Shown here: positions 54,711 to 62,560 of the stretch, piece after piece
How the letters are laid out: each line of letters begins with the position of its first letter
Position numbering within the stretch: position 1 is the stretch's first letter
From: Patescibacteria group bacterium
GTDB taxonomy: Bacteria > Patescibacteriota > Patescibacteriia > JAHIZJ01
NCBI GenBank assembly: GCA_018814765.1
Contig: JAHIZJ010000085.1
Location: 1-62,560 of the forward strand
DNA: 62,560 nucleotides
Direction of reading: 5' to 3'
Notes under the pieces: model-generated
Told to the model about the DNA's origin: nothing
What the model saw: only the letters and a program-made list of their open reading frames with translations
Database searches by the model: none
Program-made: the position numbers and the translations under genes

Positions 54711-55832
54711 GTATTCGGGTACCAATTTATCATTAACTATTGTGTCCCAGCTAAACCGATTTATATCCGAACGGGTGTTTTTTCTGAGGGAGTCTTTTGT
54801 TGCAATGATTTTTGTAATACCCCGAAGAATTTCTTCAGGCGTGTCATTGATTATTACTCCATTCCACCCGTCCTTGATGAATACTTTATTACCAGAAGTG
54901 TTTGTAGCTAAAACAGGTAGACCTGTAGCTAGATATTCTGGTGTCTTGAGAGGAGGCTGATACTCATAGTAGGATTTTTGTGGGATGTAAGACAAAGCCA
55001 CATCAGCCATTTGCAAAAACTCAGGCATTTTTTGATATGGTATCTGACCGGAAAATTCTATATATCCAGGTAGTTTTTTCTGCGCGTATTTTTTAAGATC
55101 AACTCGGTCGTTTCCATCTCCAATCATTAACAGCTTTATATGATGAAAATTATTTGAGGCAAGAATAAACCCTTGAATTAGTGCTTTTAATGCCCTTCTT
55201 CTGTCCATACTACCAGAGTATATAAAAACAAAATCGCTCTCTCTAAAGCCCAATTTATGCCTCTGGGAGGCTCTTGTCTCGGGTTTAGGTGTAAATAACA
55301 TCTGATTAACGCCCAGTGGTAAAACAACAGTGTTTTTATCTCCAAAAATATGCTGAGCTAGCGACCTATCTAATACGGTTGTCCTGTCGGCAAAGAAGCT
55401 AGCTAGGCGCATTAGGGATCTTGATAGCCACTTTCTATAACCGCGACGAATAGGACCAGTTCGGACATCAAATATAGTTTTAATTTTTTCTTTATGAAAA
55501 AGGTTTCTAAGCCAAATAAGCTTGAGACAAATAAAAGCTAAGAAAAAAGGATTTAATATATGTACAACATCAACCGGACTTGATCTGTGAATCGCCACGA
55601 TTTGTTTATAAAAAGCAAAAGCATATTTCCAAGACACGGTCAGGGACTCTTGTAGTGGTAAATTTAGGCTAATCACCTTGAGGTTATCTTGAGAGCTTTG
55701 GTTATCGTTTTTTTGACCACAGATGAGGTAGACGCTATGTCCGAGTTTTAATAAAGACTGAGCATATTCAAAAATATCGGTTTTTCCAATCTCAGGCGGG
55801 TATGAACAAATTTGAGCTAAAATTATTCTCAT
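54687..55832 (-). CDS. GT4-family glycosyltransferase
   Basis: GT-B architecture. C-terminal region YEYQPPLKTPEYLATGLPVLATNTSG. Convergent with, and overlapping, the end of the 53613 gene. Confidence 0.65.
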   Translation of the reverse strand: MRIILAQICSYPPEIGKTDIFEYAQSLLKLGHSVYLICGQKNDNQSSQDNLKVISLNLPLQESLTVSWKYAFAFYKQIVAIHRSSPVDVVHILNPFFLAFICLKLIWLRNLFHKEKIKTIFDVRTGPIRRGYRKWLSRSLMRLASFFADRTTVLDRSLAQHIFGDKNTVVLPLGVNQMLFTPKPETRASQRHKLGFRESDFVFIYSGSMDRRRALKALIQGFILASNNFHHIKLLMIGDGNDRVDLKKYAQKKLPGYIEFSGQIPYQKMPEFLQMADVALSYIPQKSYYEYQPPLKTPEYLATGLPVLATNTSGNKVFIKDGWNGVIINDTPEEILRGITKIIATKDSLRKNTRSDINRFSWDTIVNDKLVPEYLSLTGRY

Positions 55833-56599
55833 GGTTTAAGAAAAGAAAATAGATATTTATAATAATTGTATAATATTGCCATGCGATAATTAGGATACTT
55901 GTTGCGGTATTTTTTTACTAGGTCAATGTTTGACCTGAGTATTTCGTGGGCGAATTTTTTACTGTAGTTATTGTCAGTTTTTCGGTAGGCCACACAAATA
56001 TCAGGTAGGTTGTGCATTTTACCAATTTGACCAAGACGAAGAACTAAATCATAATCATCATTACCAAAGATTAGACCCTTGTCATAAAGTCCTATCTGAT
56101 CTAGGGCTGATTTACGATATAGTACGGTCGCATTTGTGAAACGGTTAGAAAAAAGCAAACGCTGGTATATCTTGTCGTTGTGCTGTGTCCTGACTAACTC
56201 TCCGGTTTTTTCTCCATGTTCATTGACAACCCTGACGCCTGTTCCTACAAGTACGTAGTCTGGGTGGCTGTCTAGAAAGGCTACTTGTTTTTTTAGCTTG
56301 TATCGATCAATCCAAAAGTCATCATCATCAAGTCGGGCAATGTATTTACCGCTAGCAGTAGTTAGAGCCTTGTTTACTGAAGCAGAAATTCCTAGATTTT
56401 TGTCATTGGTTATGATGGTTACTCGGGGGTCTTTTGCCTTGATTTCTTCCAGCACCTTGGGTGTTTCGTCGCGTGCGCCATCGTTAACGATAATAAGCTC
56501 CAGGCTTACATCTTTCTGGGACAATACGCTTTCTACCGCTACCTTCACTAGTTTCGGTCGTGCCATTGTATTTATATTGATACTAACTATTGGAGGCAT
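55829..56599 (-). CDS. GT2-family glycosyltransferase
   Basis: SININTMARP..., LIIVNDGARDET and ARLDDDD (DxD) motifs. Confidence 0.75.
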   Translation of the reverse strand: MPPIVSININTMARPKLVKVAVESVLSQKDVSLELIIVNDGARDETPKVLEEIKAKDPRVTIITNDKNLGISASVNKALTTASGKYIARLDDDDFWIDRYKLKKQVAFLDSHPDYVLVGTGVRVVNEHGEKTGELVRTQHNDKIYQRLLFSNRFTNATVLYRKSALDQIGLYDKGLIFGNDDYDLVLRLGQIGKMHNLPDICVAYRKTDNNYSKKFAHEILRSNIDLVKKYRNKYPNYRMAILYNYYKYLFSFLKP

Positions 56600-57899
56600 A
56601 TTTTCTATATATTTGATGATAAGTTAACCAAAGAATGAGAACAAATGCAAACAGATTGAAAATCAAGGCCGAGATAGCTGGCCCCTTAATACCATATTCG
56701 GGGATCAGAACGAGGTTAAGGCAAATCCCAATGATAACCTGGCCCAGATTGATTAGCGCAATTACCCTGGCTTTTTTCAATCTATAGAAAATAATAAACA
56801 ATGGATTAGTGATTAAAACAAGACCGCCACTAATAAATAATATTTGTAGTGCACTGACTGAATCTATGTATCTATCACCGTAAACAAATAATAGGATATA
56901 TTTTGCTAGCCATACAAGAATGGCAACACCGACTACTACAAGAGGTAGAAGCTTAAAAAGGTTTAGGTATAATCGCTTTACTCGTTCTAAATCAAAACCA
57001 GAGACATAGGGAAGTAAAGCGGTTCCAAGGGCAGCAGCTGAGATATGAAAAAACATGGAGAAATTGTAAGCAGCATTAAATAGGCCTACCTCAGCTAGGC
57101 TAACTAACCTGGTTAAAAGAAATGTATCCACACGCAGTAGGATTAATCCAGCAATAGTGGAAACCAATATCCATTTACTAAAATGAAATATCTCACGTCG
57201 TATTTTTAAGTATTCTTTCGTATCGATTTGTTTTTTTAGCGGGAATTTTGGCATTAATATATATCCAATTGCCAAGCCAATCAGCGTTGAAGCTATTATC
57301 ACCCAGACAGCATATATGGGAGTAATTGATTGTTGAAGCAGGTAGATAAAACCGGCCAATATAGAAATCTTTAGTCCACTGATTATAATGTTGTAGGATA
57401 CTTTTTTTACAAACTGACGATGTGAAAGAAAAACTGAAGAAATAAAGTTTTGTAGATTAATAAAAAATACTGCGATAAATGCTATTTGTATTGTGGCCGA
57501 TACCTCGGGTTTTGAAAAAACAAAGTCAGCTAGCCAGGGAGCGAATGCAATGCCCAACAATGACATAACTAGAGCTACTAAAATTCTATAGCGCAGAGTA
57601 AGTAGGAATATTGCGTGAGCTAGGCCTCTCTTGCCCGCTGCTATGTATTGAGAGGCGAAACGCACCACTGCTGTTGTTAGGCCGGAGTCGGATAGTTCTA
57701 TAACAACCGTTAATATAGCCAGAGCAAAAGAAAATATACCGAAGTTTTCAATGTCCATGTTACGGGAAACCACAACTGTATAGCCAAAGACTAATAGGGC
57801 GTTTACTAGGTTACCGCTAAAAGTAATTATTGTATCTTTAGAAATCTTAGACTTTCTAAATCCTATTACATCGGTAATGTATTTATTCATCTGTAGCAT
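56583..57899 (-). CDS. Wzx-like MOP-family polysaccharide flippase
   Basis: About 12-14 TM segments; the length and hydrophobicity pattern of O-unit flippases. Embedded among GT genes. Confidence 0.6.
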   Translation of the reverse strand: MLQMNKYITDVIGFRKSKISKDTIITFSGNLVNALLVFGYTVVVSRNMDIENFGIFSFALAILTVVIELSDSGLTTAVVRFASQYIAAGKRGLAHAIFLLTLRYRILVALVMSLLGIAFAPWLADFVFSKPEVSATIQIAFIAVFFINLQNFISSVFLSHRQFVKKVSYNIIISGLKISILAGFIYLLQQSITPIYAVWVIIASTLIGLAIGYILMPKFPLKKQIDTKEYLKIRREIFHFSKWILVSTIAGLILLRVDTFLLTRLVSLAEVGLFNAAYNFSMFFHISAAALGTALLPYVSGFDLERVKRLYLNLFKLLPLVVVGVAILVWLAKYILLFVYGDRYIDSVSALQILFISGGLVLITNPLFIIFYRLKKARVIALINLGQVIIGICLNLVLIPEYGIKGPAISALIFNLFAFVLILWLTYHQIYRKYASNS

Positions 57900-60800
57900 A
57901 GTCTAGCTCAATGTTAAATATTTTAGTACAACGTTCTCCGTCTGGAGGATAATTACCATTTTCATCAATAAGGTTAAAAGTAATCTGATTATTACCTGGC
58001 GCTATATTATTGATTGCGATCTCGGTTAATTGGTGGTTTCTTTTAGCCCAGCTACTACCTATAAATGAACTGTTGTTATAAGCCACGATTTTATAATTTT
58101 TGTCTTCAGAACAAGTAAAGTTCCAAAAACGAAGAACGACACTTTGTGGAATTGAGCTTGGATTAATAAGATCCAAGGTGGCTCCGTTATTCATCCATCT
58201 TTTTAGGTGTTCCTCTCGGGGGTCTGTAATGGGGCCCCAGTTTTCACCTAAGATCGCGTAAGGTTGGTTGTCAGGCTCTGCCCCATTGTAATAAAGAACT
58301 ATATCTTCATTGTCATAAATTGTGCTTACATTGGGATTAAAATTCTCAATCAATTGGCGAACATAACCAAGCTGATCATTGGTCAAGTAACTCTTATGTA
58401 TCACAAAGTATCTGATGTTAAAAGAATCTAGTATGTTTTTTGTCATTCTGGATACGTAATTTGAAGCATAGATATCACGGCTACGTAAAAGCTGGGAAGC
58501 GTTCCATGCTTCTTTTTCCATAAAATAGAGATCTCGTATTAATGGTATTGACTCGTTGAAAAAAAGTTTTTCTTTCTCATTATTAGTAACCACGGAAGAG
58601 AAATCTGTATAGTCAATAATATGATGGCTGCCTATTGAGCTTTCTGTACCATTATTATAGTTTACCTGAAGCGGTATTTGAGCCACAGCATAATTATCAG
58701 GTTGCTGTTCTAACCAAGTGTAGGGAGCGGGTTTGATTATGTTGTCGGTTTCTTGGTATGTTATTTCATTAAAAAATATTTGAACATTTTTATCATTTGC
58801 TATTCTATTTCCATTTATATCATAAGTTTTTATTTTTAGCATACTCTCCCCAGGAATAATATTTTTTAAGAAAAACCCTATCTTATTACCGTAGGGGCTG
58901 ATAATTTCACTCGTTATAACTTCATTGTTATAAATAATTTCAATTATACGATAACTATTTTTGGCATAAAGCGAAAGATTAACTTCAAGATTTTTATTTT
59001 CCTGAGCAAGGTTTATGAGATTTATTTCCGCAGATTGACGTATGTTTCTTTGAGGGATATCTTCCTGATTATATTCAACATTACTCCAATTGTTGCCTAT
59101 GGTTAAATAGACGATGTCATCTAGGTGTCCAGTTTGTAACTCATAGGATTTTATATTATCTAGTTCAGTAATATTCTGGATTGGAATATATTTCTCAATA
59201 AATTCTATTATCTTAGTGTAGTACTCCTGACTTATATACTGCTTCTTGTCACCAACATAGTTTTTGTCAATTACGATATATTTTACATCCCATTCGTCTA
59301 ATATGGAATTACTTATCTTTCCATAGTCGTGATATATGATATCTGGATATAAATGGCCATTTGGCAGGTGGAACAATAAATTGTTTATCACTGGTGTATG
59401 TATCTCTTTCTTCCACTTAGTCCAGTCTTTTCTAGCAAAATCAAAACCGCCAATAACTTTTTTATTGTGAAGCTTATTATAGTAACCTGCTTTTGAAGCA
59501 TATTCATAGTTAGATGTTAAGGGTATTTCAATTATTGAGTAATTTCCAGGTTCGCTCTTTAAACTTTCATAGAATTGCGTTTTCTCTATCACTTGAGTAG
59601 TGACTAATGGCCAGAAATCTAAAAGTAAAAGCAGGGTTACTAGGGAGAATATTAAAACTTTATATTTCTTTGTAGCTTTGATATTAATAAGATAGTGCAG
59701 TCCGATAGTAGCCACAATTGATATTGAAATCATTGATATTATAAAGAGTCTTCCCACAGATCTCATGTTATCGATGAAGGGTAGCCAATGATATAGAAAT
59801 AGATATGGTAGTGGAATCATTGGTTTGACGGTACCAAGATAATGTATAAAAGGCCCCAGGGATAAAACAAAGAAAACAATAAAGATACTACCCCATAATT
59901 TTACGCTTGAATAGAATCTTTTATTACGCAAGGAAAATAAGGCCAATAAAGCAACTATAACACCTATATATATTGTGTATTCTGCTGGATTACCGGTAAA
60001 GTTTACGGCTACGGTTCTGGAAAAGAAATTGCCCCAAAGTATGTGTTGGTACGAAGGAGTCAGTAATGCTACAACATCATTTGAATAGTTGATCACCTGG
60101 TCTAATCCTGGGTCGAGAGTATCACTTTCTACTGTAGCCTGAATCATATATAAATAATTGGTAAATAAAATGAGTACACCCAAGATTAAGGCAATGATAC
60201 TATAGTAAAGAATTTTTTTGTTATTGAATGATATTCTAGATGTTAATAAATAATAAAAATAAATGATAACCGAAAAAATAAGTATAGCTATTGTAAAATG
60301 GGGTTCATTGATTATTGTCAATGCAAAAAAGAATACGCTTAATATGAAATATTTAAAGCGCGCTAAGTCTAAAAACTTTAGATAAAAAAGTATAAAGAAA
60401 GGAATAAATTCTATGTGAGTGGCGCCAATAAAGCCCATACTGTAAGCAACGTGTATCGGAGAAAATCCGTATATGAAACCACCGATAAATGAAGGCCAGC
60501 GACTTTTTATCAAATAATTGATTAATAAAAAAGCGCCAAAGGATGCTAACACGAAAGAGAGCAACCAGATAATATTATTCGCCAGAACGTCATTAAAAAT
60601 AATTACCGTAAGAGCTCGATAGGTAGAAACACGAAAAATATATTCTGGGTTGTGTGAGAAATATGACATTAAGCTTGAGAAATCAAATTGATCATTAGTC
60701 TGAAGCCCATTGGCAATCTCTCGGCTCTGCCCCAATATTTGCCATGAATCAGTGTCACCAATCAAGTCAGTATAAATATTGGACATAGCTGGTAAGAAAA

Positions 60801-60927
60801 CGACTAATGCTAAAAATAAAAAAGCGGTTGGCGGAAGAATAATGGATAAAACTTTTTTTCGACTGTTAATACTCATGAATCTAGGTGCTTTTATGTACGA
60901 AATTATTGAATACACATTAGGAATCAT
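57883..60927 (-). CDS. Very large polytopic membrane protein with big extracytoplasmic C-terminal domain (GT-C/YfhO-like candidate)
   Basis: 1014 aa with about 13 TM segments in the first 450 aa or so, then a non-hydrophobic, Asn/Tyr-rich domain of about 560 aa. An alternative start at the internal MSINSRKK is possible. Confidence 0.5.
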   Translation of the reverse strand: MIPNVYSIISYIKAPRFMSINSRKKVLSIILPPTAFLFLALVVFLPAMSNIYTDLIGDTDSWQILGQSREIANGLQTNDQFDFSSLMSYFSHNPEYIFRVSTYRALTVIIFNDVLANNIIWLLSFVLASFGAFLLINYLIKSRWPSFIGGFIYGFSPIHVAYSMGFIGATHIEFIPFFILFYLKFLDLARFKYFILSVFFFALTIINEPHFTIAILIFSVIIYFYYLLTSRISFNNKKILYYSIIALILGVLILFTNYLYMIQATVESDTLDPGLDQVINYSNDVVALLTPSYQHILWGNFFSRTVAVNFTGNPAEYTIYIGVIVALLALFSLRNKRFYSSVKLWGSIFIVFFVLSLGPFIHYLGTVKPMIPLPYLFLYHWLPFIDNMRSVGRLFIISMISISIVATIGLHYLINIKATKKYKVLIFSLVTLLLLLDFWPLVTTQVIEKTQFYESLKSEPGNYSIIEIPLTSNYEYASKAGYYNKLHNKKVIGGFDFARKDWTKWKKEIHTPVINNLLFHLPNGHLYPDIIYHDYGKISNSILDEWDVKYIVIDKNYVGDKKQYISQEYYTKIIEFIEKYIPIQNITELDNIKSYELQTGHLDDIVYLTIGNNWSNVEYNQEDIPQRNIRQSAEINLINLAQENKNLEVNLSLYAKNSYRIIEIIYNNEVITSEIISPYGNKIGFFLKNIIPGESMLKIKTYDINGNRIANDKNVQIFFNEITYQETDNIIKPAPYTWLEQQPDNYAVAQIPLQVNYNNGTESSIGSHHIIDYTDFSSVVTNNEKEKLFFNESIPLIRDLYFMEKEAWNASQLLRSRDIYASNYVSRMTKNILDSFNIRYFVIHKSYLTNDQLGYVRQLIENFNPNVSTIYDNEDIVLYYNGAEPDNQPYAILGENWGPITDPREEHLKRWMNNGATLDLINPSSIPQSVVLRFWNFTCSEDKNYKIVAYNNSSFIGSSWAKRNHQLTEIAINNIAPGNNQITFNLIDENGNYPPDGERCTKIFNIELDYATDE

Positions 60928-61027
60928 ATCATATTATAATAGTTTAACAAGATTTGTAGTATAGGCATATTTTTGATATATTAAATCCTATATAGTGTTC
61001 TAGTTGTGAAAATAATTATCATTGGGA

Positions 61028-62560
61028 ATGATTGTAAATTTTGCAGAAAACGATAATAAGGAAGGTGGGACTATTTGCACTACCAGGAGATCTGTTAAAC
61101 CAATTTATAGCCATCTATGTTGGCTTGGCGTTATATTATCATTGGGTACCTTGATACTGAGAATGACAGTAGACATGGGGAATGCGTGGCCGAGTGAAAT
61201 AAATAATTCCGTAATAATATTTGGATTCGTTTTTTTTATTATTACAAAGCATGTTATCAGCTGTCAGACAATAAAACACGAAAAAACGCTGTTGTGGTTT
61301 TTGCTTATATTACTTGGGTTTAATTTTCTTTGGTCATTCAGTAAAGTAGAATACCAGGATTATGGTTTATACGAATTCAGGATTTATATTCAATATATCA
61401 TTATCTTTGGTACAATATTGATTGTACCAAAGATAAAAAATATAATATATGGATATTTTGTCGCACTGAAAAAAATAGCTGATGACCTATTTAGTGAAAA
61501 GAAGGAAGCATCAGAAATACGAAAAATTAATAATAAAAAGTACACCAAAAGCAAATCAAAACTATTTACATGGTTCGTGGGAAAGAAAAGCAAACTATTA
61601 TATTTGCTCCTGTTAGTTTTTATCCTAGGCCTAGGATTACGTTTGATAAACCTCGGTGAGCTAGACCCGGCGGGAGATGAATATAGACATCTATTGGCTG
61701 CTAAACATTTTCTTGCAGATGGATTCTACGATTATCCTAATTCTCATTTGACAACCAATTTGGTTATCTTGACCCAAAAAATAAGCAACAGTAATAATAT
61801 GTTCTTTCTACGTTCCCCATTCGCGATTATTGGATCTTTATCAGTGCTGTTGCTTTTTTTCTTGGGTAGAAAAATACACACCAAGGTAGGATTAATAGCT
61901 GCTTATTTGTATGCCTGTTTACCCCTTGCAGTTGGTATGTCCCGTTATATCAGGGGTTATGAGATAACCGTATTTGTTTTACTATTTTTAACACTACTTC
62001 TGTTACAAAGAAGGTTCATTAAAAATCTAATATTGCGTAGCGCCATTCTTATTATTGTATTCAAAATATTTGCTTTTTTTGATGAAGATTTACGCACTGA
62101 CTCTACTTTTTTATTGTTTGTAATGTTTACGGGAATATACCTTGTCTTGCATTATATTAATCGCTTCAGCGAAAAGAGTTGGTATAAGTATGTTTTTCTT
62201 GGAATTGCATTTGTTGGCGGTTTGATGGTACTTCCTTATTTTACAGATTTTCAATGGCAAACCACTCCGGAACTGCAATATATGTTTATCTTCAATTATA
62301 TTACGATTAACGTGATGTGGTTTTTACCCTTCATTCCATTTCTATTTATACTTATTGTCACCGTAATACCTTTTATCGTATCGCATAAGAATAATTTTAT
62401 TCTCGCAACATCATTTATTGTCCTGTTTACTGTCTTTGTGTACATCTACTTTTTCGAAGCTCCAAGAAGGTTCCAAGTCAGGTATTTATACAGCTTAATA
62501 CCATACTATATCCTTTTATTGTCTGCTGGTATTCATCTAATCTTTAATCTGATAAAAAAA
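61028..62560 (+). CDS. GT-C-type (ArnT/PMT-like) membrane glycosyltransferase, 3'-truncated by window end
   Basis: My own translation is open from the ATG at 61028 to the window end (511 codons). It is polytopic, with a loop motif LGELDPAGDEYRHLLAAKHFLADG typical of GT-C first loops. It is missing from the ORF track, probably because there is no stop within the window. Confidence 0.6.
   Translation, partial: MIVNFAENDNKEGGTICTTRRSVKPIYSHLCWLGVILSLGTLILRMTVDMGNAWPSEINNSVIIFGFVFFIITKHVISCQTIKHEKTLLWFLLILLGFNFLWSFSKVEYQDYGLYEFRIYIQYIIIFGTILIVPKIKNIIYGYFVALKKIADDLFSEKKEASEIRKINNKKYTKSKSKLFTWFVGKKSKLLYLLLLVFILGLGLRLINLGELDPAGDEYRHLLAAKHFLADGFYDYPNSHLTTNLVILTQKISNSNNMFFLRSPFAIIGSLSVLLLFFLGRKIHTKVGLIAAYLYACLPLAVGMSRYIRGYEITVFVLLFLTLLLLQRRFIKNLILRSAILIIVFKIFAFFDEDLRTDSTFLLFVMFTGIYLVLHYINRFSEKSWYKYVFLGIAFVGGLMVLPYFTDFQWQTTPELQYMFIFNYITINVMWFLPFIPFLFILIVTVIPFIVSHKNNFILATSFIVLFTVFVYIYFFEAPRRFQVRYLYSLIPYYILLLSAGIHLIFNLIKK

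Noticed and set aside
61390-61593. 67-aa minus-strand ORF near the window end.
   Set aside because: It lies inside the long + strand open frame (61028 to window end), which encodes a coherent polytopic GT-C-like protein.
1-62560. Alternative genetic code (UGA=Gly, as in some candidate phyla).
   Set aside because: Long family-consistent ORFs end at TGA as well as TAA and TAG (for example TGA at 296-298). No recognised protein appears truncated at an in-frame TGA. The standard code fits.

Overview
A 62.6-kb, AT-rich (roughly 35-40% GC by eye), gene-dense window that uses the standard genetic code. Its gene content resembles a small-genome Patescibacteria/CPR-type bacterium, although that assignment is inference only. 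Supporting traits are a short HrcA, many N-terminally anchored hypothetical exoproteins, a pilin-like domain, and no outer-membrane or LPS genes.

Housekeeping genes I recognise:
- secD-secF
- a CIRCE-controlled hrcA-grpE-hsp20-dnaK operon, with dnaJ displaced about 4.3 kb away
- cysS, corA, dnaX, trxB, metK, ugd
- one tRNA-Gln(CTG)

Accessory content, in order of interest:
1. A head-to-tail array of five paralogous sRNA genes of about 190-230 nt lies on the minus strand between dnaK and a GIY-YIG gene. Each has its own -35/N17/-10 promoter, a terminator, and a 5'/3' closing helix.
2. Two paralogous orphan VirD4/TraG-like coupling-ATPase modules are present. One is split into two genes (4978-8138) and the other is fused into a single 850-aa protein (28535-31087). 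No other T4SS or relaxase genes are in the window.
3. Two small GIY-YIG nuclease genes are associated with GC-rich hairpin doublets (REPIN-like). One of them also sits beside a perfect 2 x 112-nt tandem duplication that begins with the first 21 nt of tRNA-Gln.
4. A seven-gene operon encodes membrane-anchored extracytoplasmic proteins, including a pilin-like fusion, a Cys-rich protein, a beta-propeller, and an HtrA-like protein that appears to lack its catalytic residues.
5. A glycan locus of about 17 kb combines a UDP-GlcA/UDP-Xyl branch, two polyprenyl-phosphate-type GT2s, a flippase and three GT-C-like membrane enzymes.

Smaller oddities are a parvulin-like insertion inside SecD, a sigma region-4/HARE-HTH fusion protein, and a membrane-anchored single-AAA Clp-like ATPase.

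All functional calls rest on reading motifs in the supplied translations. No database search was run.
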